The position numbers and the translations under genes were made by a program. The notes beneath the pieces were generated by a model, which saw only the letters and a program-made list of their open reading frames with translations, did no database searches and was not told the origin of the DNA. From assembly GCF_053078305.1 (NCBI RefSeq), contig NZ_CP166879.1: DNA of 64,000 bases. One strand, 5' to 3'. Position 1 is the stretch's first letter, and each line of letters begins with the position of its first letter. Positions 44,539-53,072 of this stretch are shown piece by piece.

Positions 44539-44872
44539 GTTAAGCAATATCGTTTTATTTCCGGTAAAAGAGGATGACCCTCGTAATCAGGTTAATTTTC
44601 TTTATGAGCCATCGGAAAGACCATATTGTCATCACGCCTCTGTTCGGGTTGACGAAAAAGAGCGTCAGGTCCGCTGTAAAATCTGCGGTGCAGTTGTGGA
44701 GCCGTTTGACTGGATGCTCTCTGTGGCGAAAAGAGAAACCAGACTGGCAGATGATGTAAGGCTATTGCACCAGGAGGAACAGGAAAGGCGGAAAAATATA
44801 GAAAAGTTAATTCAGATTGAGCGTAACGCGAAAGCGCGGATACGCAGGGCGACAAAATCCAGAACTGAATAA
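44516..44872 (+). CDS. Hypothetical protein with possible zinc-ribbon
   Basis: 118-aa ORF; CHH...CKIC motif, basic C-terminus. Confidence 0.45.
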   Translation: MEIKPEDELSNIVLFPVKEDDPRNQVNFLYEPSERPYCHHASVRVDEKERQVRCKICGAVVEPFDWMLSVAKRETRLADDVRLLHQEEQERRKNIEKLIQIERNAKARIRRATKSRTE

Positions 44873-44922
44873 ATAAATTTAGCGCTGTAAATAAAATCTA
44901 ATCCTTAACTGGAGGTATATTT

Positions 44923-45135
44923 ATGTTAAATACACAGAAATCCATTAATGCGGAAAAATATAACGAGTGGGCAAGAAAATTCTCTGAGCAGATTTTTAAA
45001 ATTACTGGCGATGAGAATGCGGCAAAAAATGAATTAGAACCGTGGACGCCTGAAGGAGCCGACCCAAATTATTGCTGGAGGGAGGTTGATCCAGTTGATG
45101 CTGCAAATGAAGCTATGAGTTATCACAACGATTAA
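44923..45135 (+). CDS. Hypothetical protein
   Basis: 70-aa ORF preceded by GGAGG. Confidence 0.45.
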   Translation: MLNTQKSINAEKYNEWARKFSEQIFKITGDENAAKNELEPWTPEGADPNYCWREVDPVDAANEAMSYHND

Positions 45136-45167
45136 TGTCAGGAGGCCGCCCGAAAGGGCGGTAATGA

Positions 45168-45386
45168 ATGGTCACATTATTTAGAAAAAAATATCCGCGA
45201 AAGAGTAGAACAACAGAATTTCTGTTTCTCATTCTGTTTATCGTGTTGATGATACCGATATCCCCGTTAATCCTAGTCTGGATAATCGGAAAAATAATTG
45301 AGCCAGTTATTGAATTGTATAACGACGTGGTATGGGCGTCATTCAACACACTGCACAATAAAATTAATCCGTATAAGGAAAGCTGA
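45168..45386 (+). CDS. Hypothetical small membrane protein
   Basis: 72-aa AT-rich ORF with one long hydrophobic segment, filling the gap before the HNH gene. Confidence 0.35.
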   Translation: MVTLFRKKYPRKSRTTEFLFLILFIVLMIPISPLILVWIIGKIIEPVIELYNDVVWASFNTLHNKINPYKES

Positions 45387-45387
45387 T

Positions 45388-45753
45388 ATGGCACTGACGA
45401 AAAAACAACGCGCAGAACTGCGCATGAAGTTCGGTGGTCGCTGTGCTTATTGCGGCTGCGAACTTGGCGAAAAGTGGCATGCAGACCATGTAAAACCGGT
45501 CATTCGTTTTGATGGAAATATGCTTCACCAGGAACGTGACGATATATCCAACATGGTTCCGGCATGCCACCCATGCAATCTGCACAAGCATTGCAGTAGT
45601 CTGGAAGATTATCGGCGAATTATCAGTGATGGTCGTCGTGAATTCCTTGCGTCCGGGAAAGGCAAAGCGCTGGTTCGTATGGGATTGGTTGAAATGAAAT
45701 CTGACCCGGTTGTGTTCTGGTTTGAAAAATATCAAGAAGGGGCTACGGCATGA
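45388..45753 (+). CDS. HNH endonuclease
   Basis: Translation [26 protein letters not shown]...WHADHVKPV...[11 protein letters not shown]; AAGGAA SD upstream. Confidence 0.75.
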   Translation: MALTKKQRAELRMKFGGRCAYCGCELGEKWHADHVKPVIRFDGNMLHQERDDISNMVPACHPCNLHKHCSSLEDYRRIISDGRREFLASGKGKALVRMGLVEMKSDPVVFWFEKYQEGATA

Positions 45754-46094
45754 CGACTTTTACCAGAGAGCAGTTAATAGCTCACGCAGAGGAGACTATT
45801 GAAGCACAGAGACTGTGCATACCGGGCACAATCGACCATGACATCATCCGCACATATAAGATGGATATTGCTGTTCTGGAAATCGCACTGGTATCGCTGG
45901 CAGCAGAGCCAGCCGGTAAATTGCATGAATACAAACCAGTGGGATATCAGCGTCTGGTCGATGAGTTAACCATGCTGGTAAAGCAGTTAACCTGGCAACT
46001 GAGGAAAGCGAAGCCAGACTGCAAATTACCGGATAAGGCGATGAGTTATCTGGAGCGGAACGGACTGATAAGCGTGGAGGATATTTTACGATGA
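45750..46094 (+). CDS. Hypothetical phage protein
   Basis: 114-aa ORF overlapping the HNH stop. Confidence 0.5.
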   Translation: MTTFTREQLIAHAEETIEAQRLCIPGTIDHDIIRTYKMDIAVLEIALVSLAAEPAGKLHEYKPVGYQRLVDELTMLVKQLTWQLRKAKPDCKLPDKAMSYLERNGLISVEDILR

Positions 46095-46385
46095 CCTGGC
46101 CTGAAGCATTAACAACGGTAGGAATTGCGATGGCGGTGGCGCTGGTGGTGTATTCGATTTGCCGCTGGGGATAAAAACGGTTTGCGGGAAAAGGAGAGTT
46201 AAGTAGAATTGCAGCGGGTGCTTGAGGCTATCTGTCTCAGGCATGAACACCAAAAGGCAGATAGAGAAAAGCCCCAGTTAACATTACGCGTCCGGCAAGA
46301 CGCTTAACATTAATCTGAGGCTCAATCTGTGAACGGCAAATCTAGGTTAGCCTCTTACGCGCCGAAAGGCAAGGAGAAGCAGGCT

Positions 46386-46541
46386 ATGAAGCAGCAAAAG
46401 GCGATGTTAGTCGCCCTGATCGTCATCTGTATTACCGTCATTGTGACGGCACTGGTAACGAGGAAAGACCTCTGCGAGGTACGAATCCGAACCGGCCAGA
46501 CGGAGGTCGCTGTCTTCACAGCTTACGAACCTGAGGAGTAA
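46386..46541 (+). CDS. hokD: Hok/Gef-family type I toxin (HokD-like)
   Basis: Translation MKQQKAMLVALIVICITVIVTALVTRKDLCEVRIRTGQTEVAVFTAYEPEE; upstream in-frame extension corresponds to the overlapping mok frame. Confidence 0.85.
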   Translation: MKQQKAMLVALIVICITVIVTALVTRKDLCEVRIRTGQTEVAVFTAYEPEE

Positions 46542-46643
46542 GAGACCAGGCGGGGGAGAAATCCCTCGCCACCTCTGATGTGCCAGGCATCCTCAACGCA
46601 CCCGCACTTAACATGCTTCGGCGGGTTTTGTTGTATTAGAATA

Positions 46644-46961
46644 TCAGGATATTACCTGGATCCCGTTTTTCTCGACAACTGAAAGAAGCCGAAGAGCTGC
46701 ACCTCCCGGGCGTTTCACTCCTCGTTCCCAGTCTGATATCAGGTTTTTACTGACGTTGAGGTATCTGGCAAAAACAGGTTGAGACAGATGCTCTCGTTCT
46801 CGCAGTGCACGGATCCTTTCTGGAGACATTACCGGCGCAGGCTGAAGACAAGTTTCATCGAATTCGCGCATAGTTTGTTTTGTGATTGCACCGATATCAT
46901 GGAGTGACTCCATCATTTCATGTACAGATGCAAGTGCATCACTGCGGTAATTTTTACTCAT
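46644..46961 (-). CDS. HTH (XRE family) antitoxin, HigA-like
   Basis: 105-aa ORF with C-terminal HTH (LSQPVFARYLNVSKNLISDWERG); overlaps the upstream toxin gene by 8 nt. Confidence 0.55.
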   Translation of the reverse strand: MSKNYRSDALASVHEMMESLHDIGAITKQTMREFDETCLQPAPVMSPERIRALREREHLSQPVFARYLNVSKNLISDWERGVKRPGGAALRLLSVVEKNGIQVIS

Positions 46962-47325
46962 TGGGTACCTCCGTGAACTGGCCTTGTTGAATCAATTGTG
47001 CCAGCTGTTCATCAGTAAGATTGAGGACATGGGGAGCGGCTTTTCGAAAAGCATTTTCCTCTATAGCAGTGATATTCTCTCGTTCATTCTTTGCGTATGC
47101 GTAGATGAAAAAGGCTTTTTCTGCAACGCGGTAAAAAATTATTGTCCGGTAACCGCCTGATTTTCCGCCACCACTTCGGGCTAATCTTTGTTTAATGACA
47201 CCACTACCCAAATTTGCGGATATGATCCCCTTATCGGCCAGCTCCACGATTTTGCGCAGCGATTTATCGGAAATCCGATGTTTTCGGGCGAAACGTTCAA
47301 ACCAGGCGTTTTTGAAAATTCGCAT
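46954..47325 (-). CDS. RelE/ParE-superfamily toxin, HigB-like
   Basis: 123-aa ORF with GGGKSGGYRTIIFY segment; toxin-first order typical of higBA. Confidence 0.5.
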   Translation of the reverse strand: MRIFKNAWFERFARKHRISDKSLRKIVELADKGIISANLGSGVIKQRLARSGGGKSGGYRTIIFYRVAEKAFFIYAYAKNERENITAIEENAFRKAAPHVLNLTDEQLAQLIQQGQFTEVPNE

Positions 47326-47548
47326 ACCTGCCTCTGCATTTTATATAACACATAGTGTTACACCATGTGGACTATGGAGGCAATCTTTATTTGAGAATGC
47401 TTGCTGATTTATCGGTGTTCAAAAAACAGACGTAATTCAGATTGTATAAACGGCAGACAGAAAAAGTCATTGTTCTTGCGCATAAAATCCTCAGATTTAC
47501 TGAGTGAAATGCGTCTCTTTTCATGGTTATAGTCCGAGAGAAGCGATA

Positions 47549-47776
47549 ATGCATTTCATTTCCTTTACGTCAGGAGGTGTTGTGAAAATCCCAGCCAGTT
47601 TGATCCCGGGGTTTTATGAGAGCACGCGCCCGGTTGTTGTTTACAGAAACAGTGATGGTTCTTTTCAATGTGGTTTTGTTATGCGAAGTAATGAGGTTGT
47701 TGTAAGCCTTTCTCTTCTTTCTGAGGTAAGAGAGTTGGCAGGATTACCTGTTGATGATATTCAGAAGCAGCTATAA
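47549..47776 (+). CDS. Hypothetical protein (start uncertain; alternative GTG at 47582 has an AGGAGG SD)
   Basis: Open frame from 47504; no family recognised. Confidence 0.4.
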   Translation: MHFISFTSGGVVKIPASLIPGFYESTRPVVVYRNSDGSFQCGFVMRSNEVVVSLSLLSEVRELAGLPVDDIQKQL

Positions 47777-47829
47777 AATCAGGCTGACTTGAACCGTCGC
47801 TGAGAAACACCGTGCCACCGGAGATCCCG

Positions 47830-48102
47830 ATGGCGCACGATATCAAACATCACAATTCTGATACCGGCCCTGCCAGCAGGCACGGGCGGCGTTCTCACAC
47901 ATTCAAATCTGACTGGTTCCTGCATGACCCATGCACTGAAGAACAGGCCGAATGGCTGATTCAGTGCTACCGCAGACGCGGGTATAAGTTTGAGAAAGCC
48001 CTCAGTCTTGACCGTCGCCACTGGATAATCTCCGTCAGGCTCCCTTATTCCGAACGCCCACCGCGTCCGTCCCGTACATTCCAGCAGCGCATCTGGAGGT
48101 AA
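47830..48102 (+). CDS. Hypothetical protein
   Basis: Translation MAHDIKHHNSDTG...; GGAGA SD 7 nt upstream. Confidence 0.45.
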   Translation: MAHDIKHHNSDTGPASRHGRRSHTFKSDWFLHDPCTEEQAEWLIQCYRRRGYKFEKALSLDRRHWIISVRLPYSERPPRPSRTFQQRIWR

Positions 48103-48103
48103 C

Positions 48104-49153
48104 GTGCGGGTATTACTTCGACCTGTTCTGGTACCGGAACTCGGGATGGTGCTCCTAAAGCCGGGCCGTGAATCAATGTCAGCATTCCATAACGGCAGAA
48201 TATTGGTGGAGCCGGAACCGAAAAACATGCGCGGTCTGCCGTCCGGAGTCGTTCCTGCCGTTCGACAGCCGCTGGCAGAGGATAAAACATTACTGCCATT
48301 TTTCAGCAACGAACGGGTGATTCGTGCTGCGGGTGGCGCTGGTGCACTGTCTGACTGGTTATTACGTCACGTGAAATCCTGCCAGTGGCCACACGGTGAT
48401 TATCATCACAGCGAAACTGTCATTCACCGTTACGGTACCGGCGCGATGGTGTTGTGCTGGCACTGCGACAACCAGCTGCGCGACCAGACATCAGAATCAC
48501 TCGATCAACTTGCTCAGCAGAATCTGGTTGCCTGGATGATTGACGTTATCCGTCACGCAATAAGCAGTACGCAGGAGAGGGAGTTATCGCTGGCCGAATT
48601 ATCCTGGTGGGCGGCCTGCAATCAGGTGGTGGATGCACTACCTGAGGCAGTAGCGCGTCGTTCGCTGGGATTACCAGCGGAAAAAATCCGCTCCGTATAC
48701 CGTGAGAGTGACATCGTACCGGGAGAACAGACAGCCATCAGCATACTGAAGCAGCGCACAAAAAATATTGCGCTGCCACTTCACGTCCACCAGCAACAAA
48801 ATCCACCACAGAAAAAAACGGTTGTCAGTATCGCCGTTGATCCGGAGTCTCCTGAATCGTTCATGAGGCGGCCTAAACGTCGCCGTTGGGTTAATGAGAA
48901 ATACACGCGCTGGGTAAAGACACAGCCGTGTGCGTGTTGTGGTAAGCCTGCTGACGATCCGCATCACCTGATTGGTCATGGTCAGGGGGGAATGGGGACA
49001 AAGGCCCACGATATTTTCACGCTACCGTTGTGCCGGGAGCACCACAACGAACTTCATGCAGACCCGCTGGAGTTTGAGAAAAAGTACGGCTCTCAGATTG
49101 AGTTAATTTTTCGTTTTCTTGATCACGCCTTTGCGACTGGCGTGCTCGGGTAA
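48104..49153 (+). CDS. ydfU: YdfU-like prophage protein (DUF968)
   Basis: 349-aa ORF; C-terminal CACCGKPADDPHHLIGHG...LPLCREHHNELH Cys/His cluster; same length and position as Qin YdfU. Confidence 0.55.
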   Translation: MRVLLRPVLVPELGMVLLKPGRESMSAFHNGRILVEPEPKNMRGLPSGVVPAVRQPLAEDKTLLPFFSNERVIRAAGGAGALSDWLLRHVKSCQWPHGDYHHSETVIHRYGTGAMVLCWHCDNQLRDQTSESLDQLAQQNLVAWMIDVIRHAISSTQERELSLAELSWWAACNQVVDALPEAVARRSLGLPAEKIRSVYRESDIVPGEQTAISILKQRTKNIALPLHVHQQQNPPQKKTVVSIAVDPESPESFMRRPKRRRWVNEKYTRWVKTQPCACCGKPADDPHHLIGHGQGGMGTKAHDIFTLPLCREHHNELHADPLEFEKKYGSQIELIFRFLDHAFATGVLG

Positions 49154-49165
49154 AAGAGGTGACTG

Positions 49166-49525
49166 ATGCTCATAGATTTGGTTTTACCTTACCCGCCGAC
49201 GGTGAACACTTACTGGCGACGCCGTGGCAGCACATATTTTGTATCAAAAGCAGGGGAGCGTTATCGCCGGGCAGTGGCACTTATTGTTCGCCAGCAGCGG
49301 CTGAAATTAAGCCTGTCCGGACGGCTGGCAATAAAAATTATTGCAGAGCCACCGGATAAGCGTCGTCGTGACCTGGACAATATTCTGAAAGCACCGCTGG
49401 ATGCGCTGACGCATGCGGGAGTGCTCATTGATGACGAGCAGTTTGATGAAATCAATATTGTACGTGGTCAGCTTGTTCCTGGTGGTCGGTTGGGTGTGAA
49501 GATTTACAAAATTGAGAGTGAGTGA
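49166..49525 (+). CDS. rusA: Holliday junction resolvase RusA
   Basis: 119-aa ORF MLIDLVLPYPPTVNTYW...RRRDLDNILKAPLDAL matching RusA. Confidence 0.85.
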   Translation: MLIDLVLPYPPTVNTYWRRRGSTYFVSKAGERYRRAVALIVRQQRLKLSLSGRLAIKIIAEPPDKRRRDLDNILKAPLDALTHAGVLIDDEQFDEINIVRGQLVPGGRLGVKIYKIESE

Positions 49526-50094
49526 GCGTAAATATGATATATCCGGAAATTACAGGCAAAAGCGGCGAACATTTACGCCTGAACACGCTGGAAGCAGTCT
49601 GGATCCAGGGGAAATTACGGATGTGGGGGCGGTGGTCGTATATCGGTGGGGGTAAATCCGGAAATATGTTTAACCGGTTACTGGTTTCGAAGAAGCTGAC
49701 GAAAACAGCAGTTAATGAGGTTTTACGCAGAATGAAGAAATCCGGGCTGGAAAAACCGGAACTTGAGGCATTTTTTCGGGATATGACCAGAGGGAAGCAG
49801 AAGAGCTGGTTGTCACATTGTACAGACACAGAGGCGTTGATTATTGATCGCGTTATCAGTGAGGTGCTTGGGGAATATCCCGGGCTAATCAATATTCTCC
49901 GGCAAAGGTACGAAGGACGGGGAATGAGCAAACTGAAAATGGCCGAAAGGTTAAATGCAGATCATCCTGAGTGGACGTTGGTTACGTGCAGACGCCGAAT
50001 TGATCAGTGGTTGGGGATATCTGAATTTATGTTACATGCCCCCATGCGTATGGCTTTTGTTACAGAGAAAAAAATGTTGCAAACTGATCAATAA
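49522..50094 (+). CDS. Putative late-gene antiterminator (Q-like)
   Basis: 190-aa ORF between rusA and the terminators/tRNAs; assignment by position and loose resemblance to QuuD-type Q proteins. Confidence 0.45.
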   Translation: MSVNMIYPEITGKSGEHLRLNTLEAVWIQGKLRMWGRWSYIGGGKSGNMFNRLLVSKKLTKTAVNEVLRRMKKSGLEKPELEAFFRDMTRGKQKSWLSHCTDTEALIIDRVISEVLGEYPGLINILRQRYEGRGMSKLKMAERLNADHPEWTLVTCRRRIDQWLGISEFMLHAPMRMAFVTEKKMLQTDQ

Positions 50095-50163
50095 ACTGCT
50101 TCAATCCGTATAAGCTTCGCAAGGCTGTATCGCGAGGCGAAACGCAAGTTTTTTCGCACAAGG

Positions 50164-50187
50164 AAGCCACCGGAAGGTGGTTTTTTT
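50164..50187 (+). terminator. Intrinsic terminator about 70 nt downstream of the Q-like gene
   Basis: CCACC-GGAA-GGTGG hairpin followed by TTTTTTT. Confidence 0.6.
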
Positions 50188-50310
50188 GTGTCCGTAATAT
50201 ACAGCAGCGCAATAAATTCGCTGGTGGTTATTAATACCGTTCTTTCAGCTTGCTGGCTTGTTCGACAAGAGTTATTGGTGTGTCACGTTAACCGGAAAAA
50301 GGAAAAAGAC

Positions 50311-50508
50311 ATGCTGAAACAGCAGGATATGACCGAAACCGCCAGAGTGGTGTTTAATGAATTAAGCGTCACAGAACCGGCGACAGTCGGGGAGATTGCG
50401 CAGAATACTTACCTTTCACGCGAACGCTGTCAGTTAATACTGACCCAGCTGGTTATGGCGGGTCTGGCAGACTATCAGTTCGGTTGTTACAGACGCCTTC
50501 AGTCCTGA
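50311..50508 (+). CDS. Hypothetical small protein, possibly winged-helix
   Basis: Translation MLKQQDMTETARVVFNELSVTEPATVGEIAQNTYLSRERCQLILTQLVMAGLADYQFGCYRRLQS; AAGGA SD upstream. Confidence 0.45.
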   Translation: MLKQQDMTETARVVFNELSVTEPATVGEIAQNTYLSRERCQLILTQLVMAGLADYQFGCYRRLQS

Positions 50509-50520
50509 AGGCTTTTTTAT
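50495..50520 (+). terminator. Intrinsic terminator overlapping the stop of the small ORF
   Basis: GCCTTCAG-TCC-TGAAGGC hairpin followed by TTTTTTAT. Confidence 0.65.
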
Positions 50521-50658
50521 TTGTGGTAAATGGGCGGCTGGTGGGTGTTAGGGGCACTCACCAGCCATCTGCTCATGCGTCCGGATCACAAGCAAACCTC
50601 AGGCCCACTGCTTTGCGCAAAAGCAGAATGAGCCTATCAGAGACAGGCTTAATGATCC

Positions 50659-51717
50659 ATGCTTAATACTGTAAAAATATCCAGTTGTGAGTTAATCAAC
50701 GCCGACTGCCTGGCATTTATCCGGTCGTTACCCGAAAATTCTGTTGACCTGATAGTCACGGACCCGCCGTACTTTAAAGTGAAGCCTGAGGGCTGGGATA
50801 ACCAGTGGAAGGGCGACGATGATTACCTGAAGTGGCTGGACCAGTGTCTTGCGCAGTTCTGGCGGGTGCTGAAACCTGCCGGAAGTCTTTACCTGTTCTG
50901 TGGCCATCGCCTGGCATCTGATATCGAAATCATGATGCGTGAACGCTTCAGTGTGCTGAACCATATTATCTGGGCAAAGCCGTCCGGACGCTGGAACGGG
51001 TGCAACAAGGAAAGCCTGAGGGCGTATTTCCCCGCCACAGAGCGCATTCTGTTCGCGGAACATTATCAGGGGCCGTATCGTCCGAAAGATGCCGGGTATG
51101 AGGCGAAGGGCAGGGCACTGAAACAGCATGTGATGGCCCCGCTGATTGCTTACTTTCGTGATGCGCGTGCTGCCCTGGGGATAACGGCAAAACAGATTGT
51201 GGATGCCACAGGAAAGAAAAACATGGTGTCGCACTGGTTCAGTGCCAGTCAGTGGCAGCTACCGAACGAAAGCGATTATCTGAAATTACAGGCGCTGTTT
51301 GCCCGGGTGGCAGAAGAGAAGCATCAGCGCGGTGAACTGGAAAAGCCCCACCACCAGCTGCTGGAGACGTATACTTCACTGAACCGGCAGTATGCGGAAC
51401 TGCAGAGTGAATATAAGCATCTGCGGCGGTATTTTGGCGTGACGGCGCAGGTGCCGTACACCGATGTGTGGACGCATAAACCGGTGCAGTACTATCCCGG
51501 GAAACATCCGTGCGAAAAACCGGCAGAAATGCTGCAGCAGATAATCAGCGCGAGCAGTCGTCCGGGGGACCTGGTTGCAGATTTTTTCATGGGGTCGGGT
51601 TCGACAGTCAAAGCCGCGATGGCGCTGGGGCGTCGTGCAACTGGCGTTGAGCTGGAGACTGAACGTTTTGAGCAGACGGTCAGGGAAGTACAGGATTTAG
51701 CCAGTCAGAACGGATGA
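50659..51717 (+). CDS. DNA methyltransferase (N6-adenine/N4-cytosine, DPPY type)
   Basis: N-terminal LIVTDPPYF and C-terminal FFMGSGST motifs; 352 aa with a long insert between them. Confidence 0.8.
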   Translation: MLNTVKISSCELINADCLAFIRSLPENSVDLIVTDPPYFKVKPEGWDNQWKGDDDYLKWLDQCLAQFWRVLKPAGSLYLFCGHRLASDIEIMMRERFSVLNHIIWAKPSGRWNGCNKESLRAYFPATERILFAEHYQGPYRPKDAGYEAKGRALKQHVMAPLIAYFRDARAALGITAKQIVDATGKKNMVSHWFSASQWQLPNESDYLKLQALFARVAEEKHQRGELEKPHHQLLETYTSLNRQYAELQSEYKHLRRYFGVTAQVPYTDVWTHKPVQYYPGKHPCEKPAEMLQQIISASSRPGDLVADFFMGSGSTVKAAMALGRRATGVELETERFEQTVREVQDLASQNG

Positions 51718-51757
51718 TATTGCAGTATTAGTTACGTACCGTTATTATCCTGCACCC

Positions 51758-51833
51758 GGCCCTTTAGCTCAGTGGTGAGAGCGAGCGACTCATAATCGCC
51801 AGGTCGCTGGTTCAAATCCAGCAAGGGCCACCA
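51758..51833 (+). tRNA. tRNA with CAU anticodon, ileX-like (tRNA-Ile2 lysidine type)
   Basis: Cloverleaf GGCCCTTTAGCTCAGTGGTGAGAGC...ACTCATAATCG...GGTTCAAATCC...AAGGGCCACCA; close to E. coli ileX. Confidence 0.75.
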
Positions 51834-51842
51834 TATCACATA

Positions 51843-51919
51843 CCGCCATTAGCTCATCGGGACAGAGCGTCAGCCTTCGAAGCTGGTTGCGCGGGGTTCG
51901 AGTCCTCGATGGCGGTCCA
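51843..51919 (+). tRNA. tRNA-Arg (anticodon TCG)
   Basis: Acceptor stem CCGCCAT/ATGGCGG, anticodon loop CTTCGAA, T-loop GGTTCGAGTCC, 3' CCA. Confidence 0.7.
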
Positions 51920-51932
51920 TTATCGGTATTCA

Positions 51933-52009
51933 GCGTTGTTAGCTCAGCCGGACAGAGCAATTGCCTTCTAAGCAATCGGTCACTGGTTCGAATCCAGTAC
52001 AACGCGCCA
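51933..52009 (+). tRNA. tRNA-Arg (anticodon TCT)
   Basis: Acceptor stem GCGTTGT/ACAACGC, anticodon loop CTTCTAA, T-loop GGTTCGAATCC, 3' CCA. Confidence 0.75.
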
Positions 52010-52178
52010 TACTTATTTTTCTGGCTCGCTTTTGCGGGCCTTTTTTGTATCCGCGCCACGCCCGGCGCATATCAACCACAGAGCCTTTCGGGGGTGAGCT
52101 TACGGAGTGGTCAGTGTGACTTTCTCTGTGGGCAGATCGCTCCCGGGCGTTGGCTCACCCACCCAAAGGAACGTCACG

Positions 52179-52610
52179 ATGTTTGGTATTTTCAAAAAGA
52201 AAACCCGCAGAGCAGCAACGGAAATTAAAAAGTTTGAGAAACGCGATCTGGCACAGGCGGTTATTAATGCTGCCTACCTGGTAGCCTATGCAGATGGTGA
52301 ATGTGAGGCTTCAGAGAAAGCGAAGATCGAACAGGTATTACGTAACCAGCCTGCGTTGTCCGCGTTTACGTCAGAAATTAATGCCATCAGTGCCACGATC
52401 ACAGGTCAGCTTGACACCAACTTTAAAATTGGTCGTCGAGCGGCGTTGCGTGAAATTGAAGATGTGAAACACGATACGCGTGAAGCGGAAGATGTGCTGG
52501 ATGTGGCGGTGGCTATTGCTGAAGCAGATGGTGAAATTGAGCCGGAAGAGCGTAAGGTTCTGGAAGAGATTGCAGGTGTTCTTGGCCTGCGACTGGAGAA
52601 CCACCTGTGA
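52179..52610 (+). CDS. TerB-domain protein
   Basis: Translation MFGIFKKKTRRAATEIKKFEKRDLAQAVINAAYLVAYADGECEASEKAKIEQVL...AIAEADGEIEPEERKVLEEIAGVLGL; AAAGGA SD upstream. Confidence 0.6.
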   Translation: MFGIFKKKTRRAATEIKKFEKRDLAQAVINAAYLVAYADGECEASEKAKIEQVLRNQPALSAFTSEINAISATITGQLDTNFKIGRRAALREIEDVKHDTREAEDVLDVAVAIAEADGEIEPEERKVLEEIAGVLGLRLENHL

Positions 52611-52771
52611 CGGTAAAACTGCGTCTGGCCGCTGTGGCACTCCTGCTGTTTCTGGTGGTGATGGTGGATTTCACCAGCAGGATCATGTCGGTGCTGGCGG
52701 ATGGAGTGCTGGTGGTCGGTATTGTGGTGGTGCTTTTTCCTTTGGTGAAAAAGGACATGCCAGGTAGTTAG
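52607..52771 (+). CDS. Possible small hydrophobic protein translationally coupled to the TerB-like gene
   Basis: GTG overlapping the upstream TGA (GTGA), GGAGA 7 nt upstream; 54 codons, two hydrophobic stretches; below the track length cutoff. Confidence 0.3.
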   Translation: MTVKLRLAAVALLLFLVVMVDFTSRIMSVLADGVLVVGIVVVLFPLVKKDMPGS

Positions 52772-53019
52772 CCGGGTATCAGTCATGCCCCGAAAATTTT
52801 AAATGTCTCACAATTCAGACGGTTGACAGTTGTCTGTTTTGCGGGGAGTTTGTTAAAAGAAACTGGCATGGTGAATCCCCCTGAGCGGAGGGGCGACTGG
52901 TGCATTAGGTGTTATCTTTGATACCTAGGAAAGTGAACGCGCGGGTTTGGTTGCACCGGGCTGAACTCACCGGGAGGCACCCGGCATCATGCGCATGATG
53001 ATACAGATACGCGGCTTTA

Positions 53020-53046
53020 GCCCCTCTCCGGAGGGGCTTTTATATG
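53020..53046 (+). terminator. Intrinsic terminator
   Basis: GCCCCTC-TCCG-GAGGGGC hairpin followed by TTTTATATG. Confidence 0.6.
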
Positions 53047-53072
53047 AATTTTGTAAGATATGAGTAAACTAA

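Noticed and set aside
52480-52767. 95-aa + strand ORF overlapping the TerB-like gene end
   Set aside because: Different frame from both the TerB-like gene and the coupled small ORF, with no SD; considered spurious.
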